Position numbers and translations under genes: made by a program. The notes beneath the pieces were generated by a model. The model saw only the letters and a list, made by a program, of their open reading frames with translations, did not search any database and was not told where the DNA came from. From Eledone cirrhosa (taxonomy: Eukaryota), in NCBI GenBank assembly GCA_964016885.1, contig OZ024743.1, positions 305,536,001 to 305,600,000 of the forward strand: 64,000 nt of DNA. The letters run 5' to 3'. The first letter of the stretch is position 1. Every line of letters starts with the position of its first letter. Below are positions 29,135-47,202 of the stretch, piece after piece.

Positions 29135-31470
29135 TTGTTATACTTGGGGGGGTCATATTGTAATAATATTGCCAGAATTAATAACAGAACACACTCACTG
29201 TTTCGTTGGTTTTCGCTTCTGTATCTTTTATATCAGTTAATATATTCGGTCCTCAATGTTTACCATTGACTGACCAATGGTCATAAATACAGATATAATA
29301 TAGACCCAAACACATATCCTCTATATAGTCTAACAAAATTCTTTCTTTGCACATCTGCAACATCGTCAGTGGTGCTATTATGTTTTCTCCTGTTGTATTG
29401 TATGTCTACGCCATCTTTATTTAATCTGTTTAATTATTTATTTACTTATTTATTTTTTGTCTTCTCTCCGCATGCGTTTGCGTGTGTGTATAGTGTTTGA
29501 TGTGTGTTCGCGTTTGGGTGACTGTGTTTTGGTTATTGTATCTTATTTTACTAGTGTGTGTTTAGATGTGTTTGTTGTTATTGTGCTTGTGTATATATTT
29601 ATTTATTTATTTATATTCCTCTTAGTTGAGTATTGTTTGTTTGGGTGTTGTTGTTATTCCATTCATTTTTTTCTGTTTAGCTTTGGTCTTCCACGTTTTA
29701 TTTCAATGGCCTCTCTAATATGCCTATCTGCTGGGTCATTTCTATGTTTAAATATTATTTTATTTCTATGTTGTCAATGTTATCGGTGTGTTGTCTGGCG
29801 TGTTCGTATAGTACTGAACCCTTTTTTCGTACCTTTAGTTCCCCCCAGTGTTGGTCTATTCTTTCACCTATGCCGCGAGCTGTCTCGCCTATGTATGTTG
29901 TCATGTTTCTGCAAGTACCCTCTATACATCTTATGCTATAGACTACGTTTCTAGTTTTACAGTTTATCTGGGGGATTACTTTACATATAATACATTTCCT
30001 ATTAGTACAGTGGGTTTTCTTAAAAGGGTATGTCTTGCTGATCAGGGATTTTATTGTGGTTCCTGGCTTTTCTTCCACCTTAATCTTTAAGTGGGTCTTT
30101 CTCAGGATCTTTCTACACTGGTTAGCTAATTTCCCTCCAGGGGTAGCGTCCACGAACATGACACTCTGGTACCTCTGGTTGTCGTACCATGAGGTGGCTT
30201 TCCCTATCTTATGCTTAGTCCTATCTAAGCTCTTCCATGATTTGCTCCTGTATAATGGGCAAATTCCTTTCATGTGCAGTTCTATGAGGGTCTTATACTT
30301 CTCCGTGGCTTCTTCGTATACTCTGATTCTGTCTCTTTGGTTGTAGCCAGAGAACTGCTTGCGGTTGATGAAGTGTTGGATGTGTCTTTCCATTTCTGTT
30401 GGGTCGCACATGCGGGACACGTTCTTCATCACTCGTACCAAGTCTGCGATCAGAATATTAAACTTAGCACTACTGGACATTGCTGAGTTTTTGAGTATCA
30501 GGTATTTGGAGGCCATGGATTTAGCGTAGTGTGAGTCGAGAATTTGGGCTCTCTCGTCTATAGTGTTAATTCAGAGTTTCGTGTCTAATTCAGGTAGTCT
30601 ATTGTTAGGGTGTTTGGAAGGGTAGTCGATAGTTACAGTTATACTCTGGTGTATGGAATTAGCTATCTGCTGGATGCTTTCCATTGTACTTCATTCTAAA
30701 TCATACTTGTTAGTACTCTCTTGTGGGGATGTCCTTATTACTATATTAATGTCGTCTACGTAAGGAGAGTACATGAGATCTATGGAGATCTCATCAAGGA
30801 GATCTTTGAGTCTCCTTTCCCACCATACCATAAAAAGGTTGGCAACCTCATCAGCTATGCTGACGCCAATTGCTGCTCCCTCATTTTGGGTGTAGATCTT
30901 CTCGTTGAATTTGAATATGTGGCCCTTTAGGGTAGTTTTAATACTAGCGGCTTTTGCATGTGCGACCATTTTTCTTACCTCATCATTTTTTTGGGGGGGC
31001 GGGGGGGGGTCCCTATGGCTTTGGTCCACCCAATCCCCCTTCCCATGGGAGTCTTTTTTGCCATTGAGGTTATGGTGGGGGTTCTACCTCTTATGGGTCT
31101 ACTGGGGGAGAAACGGCTAAGGTCATGGCTGTCTAGGTAGTCAGTGACAAGATAAGTCTAAATAGGAGGGCCAGTTGGTTTGTGTCGACGTCGCAGAACT
31201 CCACCGCACTTTGACTGATCATCTCCACACATTCTTCCACAGCAAAATCAATGTTAATGGATGGGTATGGTGATACCACGTCCATACTGCCTATTATGCA
31301 GTTGGATAGGTGGATAGGTTTTTGTTTTTGTTGCACTTAATGATTCTGCTGAGGAGGTCCTCTGTACTGTCACATACATCTGGAGACATATTGATTATGG
31401 GGGTTATAACCGTATTTGTATAACAAGTATAACAATATTTGTTTCGACACACCATTTCATATCAAAACCC
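29135..31470 (-). mobile_element. Penelope-like element, Neptune-like family B, decayed, with inverted pLTR piece at ~31425-31478
   Basis: ORF fragments 31133-31336, 30691-31029 and 29755-30516 are homologous to family A (SMDVVS, GAAIG, YVDD, VVYSIRC..YIGETAR). Confidence 0.9.
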
Positions 31471-31477
31471 TCGCAAA

Positions 31478-32728
<1,251 letters not shown>

Positions 32729-32751
32729 TATATATATATACATATATATAC

Positions 32752-32810
<59 letters not shown>

Positions 32811-32933
32811 AATTCCCTTTGTTAGAAATTCTCTTTCTGAGAAAGAGAATTTGCTTTGAAATCACTAGGGATATATGTGTATGTATATATACATGTATAT
32901 GTATATATATATGTATGTATATGTATGTATATG

Positions 32934-32965
<32 letters not shown>

Positions 32966-33159
32966 GGTATGTATATGTATATATATATGTACATATATAT
33001 GTATGTATATATATATGTATATATATATGTGTGTATGTATATATATATGTATATGGATTTGTATGTGTATATATATATGTATATATATATGTGTGTATGT
33101 ATATATATGTATATGGATTTGTATGTGTATGTATATATGTATGTGTATGTATATATGTA

Positions 33160-33190
<31 letters not shown>

Positions 33191-33261
33191 GTGTGTGTAT
33201 GTATATGTATATATATATATATATTACATATATATATTGAATATATTTATATATATATATA

Positions 33262-33358
<97 letters not shown>

Positions 33359-33632
33359 AAAGTTAAACAAGGTTCAATGTATACATCAAAGAATGTATGC
33401 TTTCCTTTCTTTCCTCTTTCGTGAGTAGTTTTAAACAAATTTTTTTTAACTGTTATATTGATGCCATGTAATTTTCAAGCTGTATTACACGCACCCTCTC
33501 TATTGTTTGTATTATATATTTTTCTCATGTTCTCAGTATTAGGGTATACATATTGAGTTTTGTCATATTTTAATCACTACCATGACTGAATCTTAACCAT
33601 CTACTATGTCAGGGTTTATCATGCATCATCTT

Positions 33633-33697
33633 ATTTTATCTGATGAGGACGTACAGTTAAACTTAACTCAGTACCTCTGAAATATGTATAATAAAAT
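33633..33697 (+). ncRNA. Type I hammerhead ribozyme (solo pLTR remnant)
   Basis: ATTTTAT-CTGATGA-[GTAC..AGTTAA/TTAACT..GTAC stem II]-GAAA-TATGTA-TA-ATAAAAT, with a 7-bp helix I. Confidence 0.78.
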
Positions 33698-33738
33698 ATA
33701 CTTGATCACATGTATATCTATTTTGTTAATATTTTGAA

Positions 33739-33843
<105 letters not shown>

Positions 33844-33854
33844 AAGAGAGGGAG

Positions 33855-36750
<2,896 letters not shown>

Positions 36751-36940
36751 GTTATTCCGGGTTGAATCGGAGGTAACCACAGTAAGTAAGGTACTCAATA
36801 CATTGCAGAGTATAAAAGTTTTAATATAGATGAGATTCTACAGGACTAGAACTGTTTCATTCTTTAGAAATCATCAGGAATTCCTGGTGACTTCTAAAGA
36901 ATGAAACAGATCTAGTCCTGTAGAATCTCATCTATATTAA

Positions 36941-36989
<49 letters not shown>

Positions 36990-37439
36990 TTAGGTTATGC
37001 AAGAATAGCTTAGGATTATACTGAATGCAGTAATGGTTAATTACTACACTAGATAGAGTCGACGTACGGTGAGAGGTTACTCAACGAGTTACATAAGAAC
37101 AGTTAAAGAAACTTGGTTTCTGATTCTTTTATATTCCGGAGTGTAGATAAAGAATGATTAATAAAACAGGTAGGCATCATAAAATGGTAATTTATTCCAA
37201 GTGTTTACAAATGTTTCTTTAGTAGTTACACAGCCTAGTCATGAATATAGCATGACTAGGCTGTGTAACTACTAAAGAAACATTTGTAAACACTTGGAAT
37301 AAATTACCATTTTATGATGCCTACCTGTTTTATTAATCATTCTTTATATATATATATAGGAAAAAGTATGACCCCGACGGCAGAGCTCAAGTCGTTTCGA
37401 CGGCTATTTCTGGACTAAAATAAGAAGAATTATATTGTA

Positions 37440-38271
37440 TTGTTTATTATATATATATATATATATATAATGTATAATAAACAATACAATATAATTACCT
37501 CATTACCAGAGGTTTCCCAAATAAGACGAATACAAAAAAACGTCCTCATCCGTTCGTCGGACAAGGCAATTTAAAACATAGTGAAATATTTGAAAAATCT
37601 CCTCAAGAAAGGCAAAAAAATGAAAGTAATGCAAGAGATATATAAAAATAAAATGAGGAAATATAGTTAGGGTATGTGTATAAATGTGTGTATATTTACT
37701 CACAAATGTACATATGTGTGTATGTACAAATGCATGTGTATAGTGAAAAAAATGTGTGCATAAGTACATATATGAGGGCAAGCATATCAGTGTATGTGTG
37801 ACCACAAATACGTATGTAATATATGTTGAAAAAGAAATTGTAAGATAATAGAGTTAACGTACATCCAGATTCAGGTAATAAGGATTGAAATATATACACA
37901 TACAAGTATGAATGCACGCGTATAAACACACACACACGCGCGCGACCACATACATGCGAGTGATATCTACAGGGAAGGGAGTGTATCAGTCAAAGCAGTG
38001 TTAGTCTGAGGGACGATACATATATAAAAATAAAACAATATATGAGAATAAAAATGTTTTTTAAATCCAAGAGAAAGTTAGAGGGAGGGGTTATCAATTA
38101 TAAAGTAACACTAGAAAAAATACAAAACAAACATAGGTTCGTACGTACACATATATATATATAAATATATATATAAATACGTACAGACAAAAGCACATAC
38201 ATGCGTACATACATACACACGAAGCACACATATATATAGGCACATGTATACTTAATCACACGCACGTACGC

Positions 38272-38318
<47 letters not shown>

Positions 38319-41300
38319 CATACACATACATATGCATATACATGCACCCATACACACACAAACATATATATAAGTATGTAAAAAACATAGATATAAAAAC
38401 ACACATACACACACACGTGCACATACGAATGCGTTCACATATACAGACACGCATACACACACATGCACACTCACACGCATAGATACAAATTAAAACACCA
38501 TCCGTTGAATAAATGAGTACAAATTATACATACATAAAAGCGGCTGAGAGACAACAGAATATATCTGGAATTGAAAACGCAAATGACATGTGCTATCAGG
38601 TAGTAAAAGAAAATGGGGAAGTAAAATGTGTGGAATTATGAAGATATTAGGTAAGTGAATCAAAAGGCAGGGGGGGGGGTGATGTGAAGTAAAAATAAAG
38701 TTAAAAATAAAAATAAAAGTAATTCGGAAAGAGAAGTCTGTAAAGAGGATAATTTAAGGTATGGGCAACTGGGGAAAATTTCTGTTTTTGCATTCAGGCA
38801 GGTTTTTGGTGATTTAAGGTTCTGTAAAATCCAATATTTTTCACTTATACAGAGTGTGCATATTCTTGTTCCTCTTGCATATACTTTAGATTGGTTCAAA
38901 ATTGACAAATCCAATTTATATTGGATACCTTGGTCTTTCAAATCCCATATTCTGCTAGCCAGAGCTGTTGTAAATCTTTTTTCAGGATGTCGAAAAGATG
39001 CGACATGTGAGTAATAACGCGTTTTGAATTTGTCTTGTGTCATACCCACATATCGTTCGCTGGTGGCTGGTAGGTTGTTGCTGGTGGTTGTCACTTTAGC
39101 CGCATATACAATGGCTTTGGTGTTGCATTTACCTTGTAATGGACATTAACTTTTGACTCTACAGGAGCAATTTTGATGTTCTCTGGGTATTTTCTTATTG
39201 AGGATATAAGATTTAATATGGGGTCCGCAGGAGTAGCTGATTTTGACACAGTTTCTATCTTATAGTATCTATGTGTTCTAGGGAAATGTTTATCTAAGAG
39301 CTCTAGGAATGTTTTGCCTACATTAGTTTTAACTGCTAAAGAGTAGGAGGGTGTGAACCAGATTATTTTTCTTTTCCTATTATTATGTTTAAAGGAGTTA
39401 GTATTGTTGGGTATGTACTTAATCGGTTCGCTAAATCCACTATTTTGAAGGGCTTTATTATAGTAGGGGTATGCCTTATTGAAAATAGCTTCTGAGGAAG
39501 AGAGGGTGGAGATCCTACGACTAGTATTAGGGATAAGGGTTTTAAAAACTATAGGAGGATGGCAAGAGCCTTTATTTATATATTTTAAATTTTCATTAGG
39601 TTTATGGTACGGTTTATAAGAAGCAGTAGGCAGATCTAGGTTTATATCTAGAAAATCAACATTAGAAAGATTAGTGTCAATGGTAATTTTAAGATTAAAA
39701 CTAGCGAAGGTTTTTATTAAGTCTTTCCTTAATCTATCTAAGTTATGGCCTATGGTTAGATATTTTTACCCAAGTGTCATTATTAGTAAAAAGTAGAGTG
39801 TTTCTAGCATGCAAAATGACATTCTCTTCAATATCAGAAATATTCATAAACTTTCTAGCGAAATTTAAGGCTTTCGTTAAAAGAGGGTGAGTAATAGACG
39901 GGTAGAACTCTACAATGTCAAATTGGGTGAATCTAGAACTATTTTTATCTTTAATACTATTAAACCAATGTACTACGGAAGAGCTATTTATCCATTGGAG
40001 TAATTCAGACTTACTTCTAATATGTTTGTTTATATTATTTAATATTTTTTTGCTAGCAAGACAGATTTCAGTCTTAGTAGGGTTGATTAATCTACAACTA
40101 GGACGATTAATAAAACCAGGTTTGTGATCTTTGAGGGTGATATAAGAATTACGTTTAGCAAGTTCTTTTGTTCTATTGTCTATTTTAAAAAAACTAGCTA
40201 ATTCTTTAGCTTCCTTATTTATAGTATTATAGGTGTTTATATTAGCTATTTGGTATTTAGAAGCGATGTTATCTGTTAAGAGTTGGTCATGTAAGTTATT
40301 ATTAACTTCGTATAAGTTTTTAGTTTTGTCAGAGAAAATGAACTTATTTTTAGAAAATTTGAATATTGAAATATCATTAGATAATTTAGATTGAAAAGGG
40401 TTAGAGTACTTACGCAATTTGATTTGGTTGATTAAATTAACTAAGTCTAGTTCAAAAGCGGTCATATATTTTACTCTTTGCGGGTATTTATGAGATTTGA
40501 TATCAAAATGTTCTGGAGAGTCCATCGAAAATCAAGGCTTTCCATCTCATTCTTTTAACAACTTTCTCTAATTTGTCTATCAGCATTTTAGTGTAGGAAG
40601 TGTTAGAAGGTGTTGGGCTAATCTTGATGGGGTAATCCAAATGATGTTTATCCATGTTCAGTATTGGTTAAACATCCTTTTGACTGAAGAGTGCTCGACT
40701 TTAAAAGGGCTGGAAGGTGCCAATCTCATAAAAATGTAGAATATGCTACGATCATTCCCTTGGGAGCTGTATAAGTATTGAAGTTTCCGTTGAAAATTGA
40801 AAAAGTCATAGGAGTGAAGAGTGCTCTATGTAAGTACCAGAGCTAAATTTAATGTATAATAAACAATACAATATAATTACCTCATTACCAGAGGTTTCCC
40901 GAATAAGACGAATACGAAAGAAACGTCCTCATTCGTTCCTCGCACGAGGCAATATAAAACATAGTGAAATATTTGGAAAGTCTCCTCAAGAAAGGCAGAG
41001 AAAATATATATATATAAATAAAAGTAATGCAATAGACATATAAAATATATAAAAACATAAGGAAATATATTTAGGTGTGTGTATATGTATGTATATATAC
41101 ACTCACAAATGTACATATGTATGTATGTACAAATGCGTGTGTATGGTGAAAATGTGTGCGTAAATATATATATGAGGGCAAGTATATCTGTGTATATGTA
41201 ACCACAAATACGGATATAATATAAGTTGAAAATCAATTTATAATCTAGTTGACATGTATACATAAACAGGGTGTTAGATACATATAAGAATATGAATGCA

Positions 41301-41325
41301 CGCGTATAAACACACATACACGCGC
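37440..41325 (-). mobile_element. Penelope-like element, Naiad-like, with direct pLTR-like repeats (~37470-37940 and ~40853-41320)
   Basis: It encodes an RT N-half (39743-40525: LKDHK...CRLINP, FDIVEFYPSI) and a GIY-YIG (38660-39094: YVGMT..FKTR, CTLCISEK). An internal deletion at ~39750 removes the RT catalytic core. Confidence 0.88.
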
Positions 41326-41924
41326 AAGAATAGCTTAGGATTATCCTGAATGCAGTTAATTACTACACTAGATAGAGTCGACGTACGGTGAGAGGTTACT
41401 CAACGAGTTACAAAAGAACAGTTAAAGAAACTTGGTTTCTGATTCTTTTATATTCCGGAGTGTAGATAAAGAATGATTAATAAAACAGGTAGGCATCATA
41501 AAATGGTAATTTATTCCAAGTGTTTACAAATGTTTCTTTAGTAGTTACACAGCCTAGTCATGAATATAGCATGACGAGGCTGTGTAACTACTAAAGAAAC
41601 ATTTGTAAACACTTGGAATAAATTACCATTTTATGATGCCTACCTGTTTTATTAATCATTCTTTATATATATATATAGGAAAAAGTATGACCTCGAAGGC
41701 AGAGCTCAAGTCGTTTCGACGGCTATTTCTGGACTAAAATAAGAAGAATTATATTGTATTGTTTATTATATATATATATATAATATATAATAAACAATAC
41801 AATATAATTACCTCATTACCAGAGGTTTCCCGAATAAGACGAATACAAAAAACGTCCGCATTCGTTCGTCGGACAAGGCAATTTAAAACATAGTGAAATA
41901 TTTGAAAAATCTCCTCATGTTTTA

Positions 41925-42003
41925 AATTGCCTTGTCCGACGAACGAATGAGGACGTTTTTTTGTATTCGTCTTATTCGGGAAACCTCTGGTAATGAGGTA
42001 ATT
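41925..42003 (+). ncRNA. Type I hammerhead-like motif with CCGACGA (U4C) core; reverse copies ~37492-37571 and ~41805-41883
   Basis: AATTGCCTTGT-CCGACGA-A-CGAATGAGGACG...CGTCTTATTCG-G-GAAA-CCTCTGG-TA-ATGAGGTAATT, with an 11-bp helix I including G-U pairs. Confidence 0.6.
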
Positions 42004-42104
42004 ATATTGTATTGTTTATTATACATTAAATTTAGCTCTGGTACTTACATAGAGCACTCTTCACTCCTATGACTTTTTCAATTTTCAACGGAAACTTCAA
42101 TACT

Positions 42105-42195
<91 letters not shown>

Positions 42196-42200
<5 letters not shown>

Positions 42201-43687
42201 AGTGATATCAGGTCCACTATCCTCTTGGGGATTCCATAAGCCTGTAAGATATTCATCAGGCAGTGACGGTCCACAGAATCAAAGGCCTTCCTAAAGTCAA
42301 TGAAAACCATGACCGCAGGAAGGCACTTTGCTCTAGCTCCCTCTAATATCCTCCTCAGCATCAGGATGTGACTGGTGATTGATCTTCCCTCTCTGAAGCC
42401 GCTCTGGTTGTCCCTGAGCTTTTTCTCCATCTCAGGCTGGATCCTGTTAAGAATCATCCTGTTGAGGGTCTTTGCCACAAGTGACGTCAGTGATATCCCC
42501 TGTAGTTGTTGGTGTTAGAGAGATATCCCTTCTTTGGCACTGGGACGATGTTACTGATCCTTCACTGATTCGGGGCAACTCCTTTCTCCAGTGCCCGGTT
42601 ACAGAACCCCAGGATGATATCATCAAAATCACACCTCTTCATCACCTCTGATGCCACTCCATCTTCTCCATGTGCTTGCCCTCCTTGATCTTCTTCTTGG
42701 CTCTCTGAAGCTCCTCTCTGGTGAAGCGCTCTGTCTCAACATCCAGTTCCTCAAACAGCCGCCTGATCTCCCCTGTGCTCTGGGCTGTAGAGGGTGGCTC
42801 TCCTAGTAGGGTCCTAAAATGGTCTAGCCATTTCCTCTTCCTATCCTCGGGCCCCGTTCCCTGGATCTGACTCGAACACCTTCTCTTCCTCCCTGTGATC
42901 TCGTTGATGATCATCCAGCTCTCCTTACATCCGGATCTGTCAACCGCTCTCTCCACACTTCTGATCTTCTCTATCAGTACCTCCTCTCTGGCCTCAGTGT
43001 AAGCGGTACAGAGTTCTTCCCTCATCACCTCCACAGTCTCTATCCTCTCCTCCGTAGGATCAGCATAGAATTGGTCCTTGGCAGTTTTCAGGTGTTCTCT
43101 GGCTGCACACACTTTTGGGTTTGCAGAGCTGACGTGCTTCCCTTTGTTCTTTTTCCTCGGCACCAGGGTTTCATTTGCTTCTGCCACTGGGCGGCGTGCC
43201 ACAGCTTGAGATCGGTGTGGAAGTCGGACCTTCGTAAAGACCTGAAAATCCGCCTCTTCATTGCTGTAGTGGAGGCTGTGCTGCTGTACGGGTCTGAGAC
43301 TTAGACACTGACCAAGAAACTCACTCAGATGGTGGATGGGTGCTACACGAGAATGCTGAGGATGGCTCTGAACATTAATCAGTATACACTGAGGATGAAG
43401 AACTCAGAGCTGTATGGGAGCATCCCAAAAGTCAGCTCAAAAGTGACACAGAGGAGACTGAGGTTGGCTGGACATGCTCACCGACATCCAGAGTTGACAT
43501 TGCACTCAGTGCTCCTGTGGTAGCCCCTATGGACACACTAGAAGAGGAAGACCAAGGTTAACGTATGTTGATGCCGTAAAGACAGACACTGGTCTGTTGG
43601 AGACGCAGGACATGGCAGCGATAATGAGGGACAGAGACCGCTGGAGAGTACTCGTCCATGGATCTCGGGAATTTTACCCGCCTTAGA
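42196..43687. mobile_element. 5'-inverted, truncated copy of the RTE LINE
   Basis: 42196-43189 is the reverse complement of ~26979-27974. 43187-43687 matches 28453-28955 in sense. Confidence 0.93.
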
Positions 43688-44846
43688 TATATATATATAT
43701 ATATATATATTAGTTTATGAAGCTAGTCGAAGAGACTAGATACAGTTACAGTTGACCGTCACTTACTAAATCGTATCATAAAGATTATATATATATATAT
43801 ATAAAGTAGTAAGCTGTCTCCATAAGAAAAGTGCCCATTATTTTCTGAAGCAGATATGAGAACAATCCTTATCTTTAATAGTCGGTAGAAACCGATAGTA
43901 TGTATTACTTTAGTTCATAACCATTTCGCCGCCACAGCCTTTGTAATTAATAAACATAACACTTCCAGAATTTAGTACTTTCCTATAGAGGATTTACTGC
44001 TATTTTTAATCTTTATACAAACACCTCCATGCCATCTTAAGCAAAGGCATATCGGATAAAATGGGTCTGAGTTTCCTGTATATAGAACAACGATGGGATG
44101 GCCACAGTTAAAATGTCTTTGATCATAGTTCTACTGGAAGAGGGCTGTTTTACGGTTAAACAATAACGATTGCCTGCTTTTTTTACTAAAACTACTTAAG
44201 AAAATATATTGAGATGCAGTGGATATCCAACATCGTTAATATTGCACACAGAATGCAAATCATATCAAGAGTTACATAGGCGACTTCTACATAAGGCCAA
44301 ATTTGAGTTAAAAAACACATTTTTAGATATGTTCTGCTTTATCATCATATGATGTTATAGGCTAACTCTTAGGGTCCTATACCCCACGAAACTGTGTTAG
44401 AAAGATATTCTTGAAAATACAAAAATCGGAATTGACAAAACTGTTTTTAGATATTTCCTGCTAAATACTTACAGGATGTTAGGAGTTAGTTATAATATAT
44501 TTCTGTGTGAACAGCAATAACAACAAAAGAAATACAAAAATATACTGTGCAATGGAGCGAATATATGTCTAACTATATACGTAAATCTGTGGCAATATAT
44601 CTTGTTTTCCAGAGGTATTTAGTTTAACACTGTGACATTCCTTTTCTTATATATAGGTGCAATGACTAATGAAAATTAAAAGGAAAAACAACTTCTTTTT
44701 AACTTTAAGTCAAATAACAAGTGGGCGATAAAATTTCAACATTTCAAGCAATGCTTAAAGAAATAATTTTTAATTCTATTGTGAATTATTCTCTCTCCCT
44801 CTCCCTCTCTCTCTTTATGTACGTATAGTTATGGGAGCGGTGTGCG

Positions 44847-44898
<52 letters not shown>

Positions 44899-45640
44899 GG
44901 AAAATGTTTAACCCCGACGGCAGAGCTCAAGCCGTTTCGACAGCTATTTCTAGACTGCATCCAGAAATAGCCGTCGAAACGTCTTGAGCTCTGCCGTCGG
45001 GGTTAAACATTTTCCTATTACCCACTCTACTACCCTAAGTATTTTGTACTCTGGTGCGTTATGGTCCATCTGGTTCTTACCACACTTCCTTCGTTATATA
45101 TAGATATATATAAATATTCAGGTTTGAGATTCACCACTGGATAGAGCTGGTCAATTCCGTATGGTCAATCTTAATGTAATAATATGGAGAATACTCAACG
45201 TAAAGCAGTTCAACCGTCTTTATTTTTGTAGTTGGTGGTGCTAGTACGGAGTTAGATATTATAATGAAATGACAGGAGGCTGGACTTGTGTAAATCCTTG
45301 AAAAGTTTATTATACTATGATCATTTCAATGGCCGGGTTCCGTATGAATGCTTGTAGCTGACATTAACCCTGACTTCTCTTCTTCTTCCTTTTCTTCCTT
45401 CCCCCTTCTTCTCTCTTCTTTCTTTCTTTCTTTTTTCTTGTGGCATGATATTAACGCTGACTTATGTTCCTATCCCTTTCTGTTTTCCTTTATTTGACCG
45501 GTAGTAGCACACTGTAAGCTTTAGCCACGTCACTTGAGGGCGACCGGCAAAGGTGGAAGTTGCTGGATGGCGGTCGCCCTCATGTCTTTGATTTTCAGTC
45601 CCATGGTTTATATCTATTACATTCACTTATTATATTTCGA

Positions 45641-45698
45641 ATACCTGATGATATCACCGGATTCATACGGAACCCGGTCATTGAAATGATCATAGTAT
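45641..45698 (+). ncRNA. Type I hammerhead ribozyme in short PLE-like insert (~45260-45752)
   Basis: ATAC-CTGATGA-TATCACCGG...CCGGTCATT-GAAA-TGATCA-TA-GTAT, with a palindromic helix III. A partial inverted copy lies at ~45263-45349. Confidence 0.8.
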
Positions 45699-45744
45699 AA
45701 TAAACCTTTCAAGGATTTACACAAGTACAGCCTCCTGTCAATTC

Positions 45745-45804
<60 letters not shown>

Positions 45805-45806
<2 letters not shown>

Positions 45807-47202
45807 CGGCGATGAATTAGTTTTGCGAGGTTTTTGATATGAAATCGTGTGTCGAAACAAATATTGTTATACTTGGGGAGGGTCATATTTGTGTAATAAT
45901 ATTGCCAGAATTAATAACAGAACACACTCACTGTTTGGTTGCTTTTCGCTTCTGTGTCTTTTATATCGGTTAATTTAATTTATTCAGTCCTCAATGTTGC
46001 CATTGGTCAAAAATACAGATACAATATAGACACAAACACATATATAGTCTATCAAAGTTCTTTTGTTGCATATCTGCAACATCGTCAGTGTTGTTATTAT
46101 GTTTCCTCCCGTTGCATTGTATGCTTACGCCATCTTTATTTAGTCTGTTTATTTATTTATTTATTTATTTATTTATACTTCTCTTAGGTCAGTATTGTTT
46201 GTTTCGGTGTGGTTATTACATTCATATTTTCTGCTTAGCCTTGGCCTTCTAAGTTCTATTTCGCTGGCCTCTCTGATTTGCCTATCTGCTGGATCATTTC
46301 TATGTTTAGATATTATTCTAATTTCTATGTTGTCTATGTTACCGGTGTGTTGTTGTCTGGCATATTCGTATAGTACTGAACTGTTTTTTCGTCTTTTTAG
46401 TTCCCCCCAGTGTTGGTCTATCCTTTCACCTATGCTACGAGCTGTCTAGCCTATGTATGTTGTTGTCATGTTTCTGCAAGTACCCTCTGTACATCTTATG
46501 CTATAGACTACGTTTCTAGTTTTACAGTTTATCTGGGGGTTTACTCTACATATGATACATTTCCTATTAGTACAGTGGGTTTTCTTAAAAGGGTAAGTTT
46601 TGCTGATCAGGGATTTTATGGTGGTTCCTGGCTTTTCTACCACCTTAATCTTTAAGTGGGTCTTTCTCAGGGCCTTTCTACACTGTTTAGCTAATTTCCC
46701 TCCAGGGGTAGCGTCCACAAACATGACACTCTGGTATCTCTGGTTGTCGTACCATGAGGTGGCTTTCCTTATCTTATGTCTAGTCCTATCTAAGCTATTC
46801 CATGATTTGCTCCTGTATAATGGGCAAATTCCTTTCATGTCCAGTTCTATGAGGGTCTTATACTTCTCCGTGACTCCTTCGTATACTCTGACTCTGTCTC
46901 TTTGGTTGTAGCCAGAGAACTGCATGCGGTTGATGAAGTGTTGGATGTGTCTTTCCATTTCTGTTGGGTCACACATGCGGGACACGTTCTTCATCACTCG
47001 TCCCAAGTCTGCGATCAGAATATTAAACTTAGCACTACTGGACATTGCTGAGTTTTTGAGTATCGGGTATTTGGAGTTCCGTGTCTAATACAGGTAGTCT
47101 ATTTTTAGGGTGTTTGGAAGGGTAGTCGATAGTTACAGTTATACTCTGGTGTATTGAATTAGCTATCTGCTGGATGCTTTCCATTGTGCTACGTTCTAAA
47201 TC
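45805..47202 (-). mobile_element. Penelope-like element family B, second 5'-truncated copy
   Basis: ORFs 46446-47045 and 47035-47238 are highly similar to the 29755-30690 region. Confidence 0.9.
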
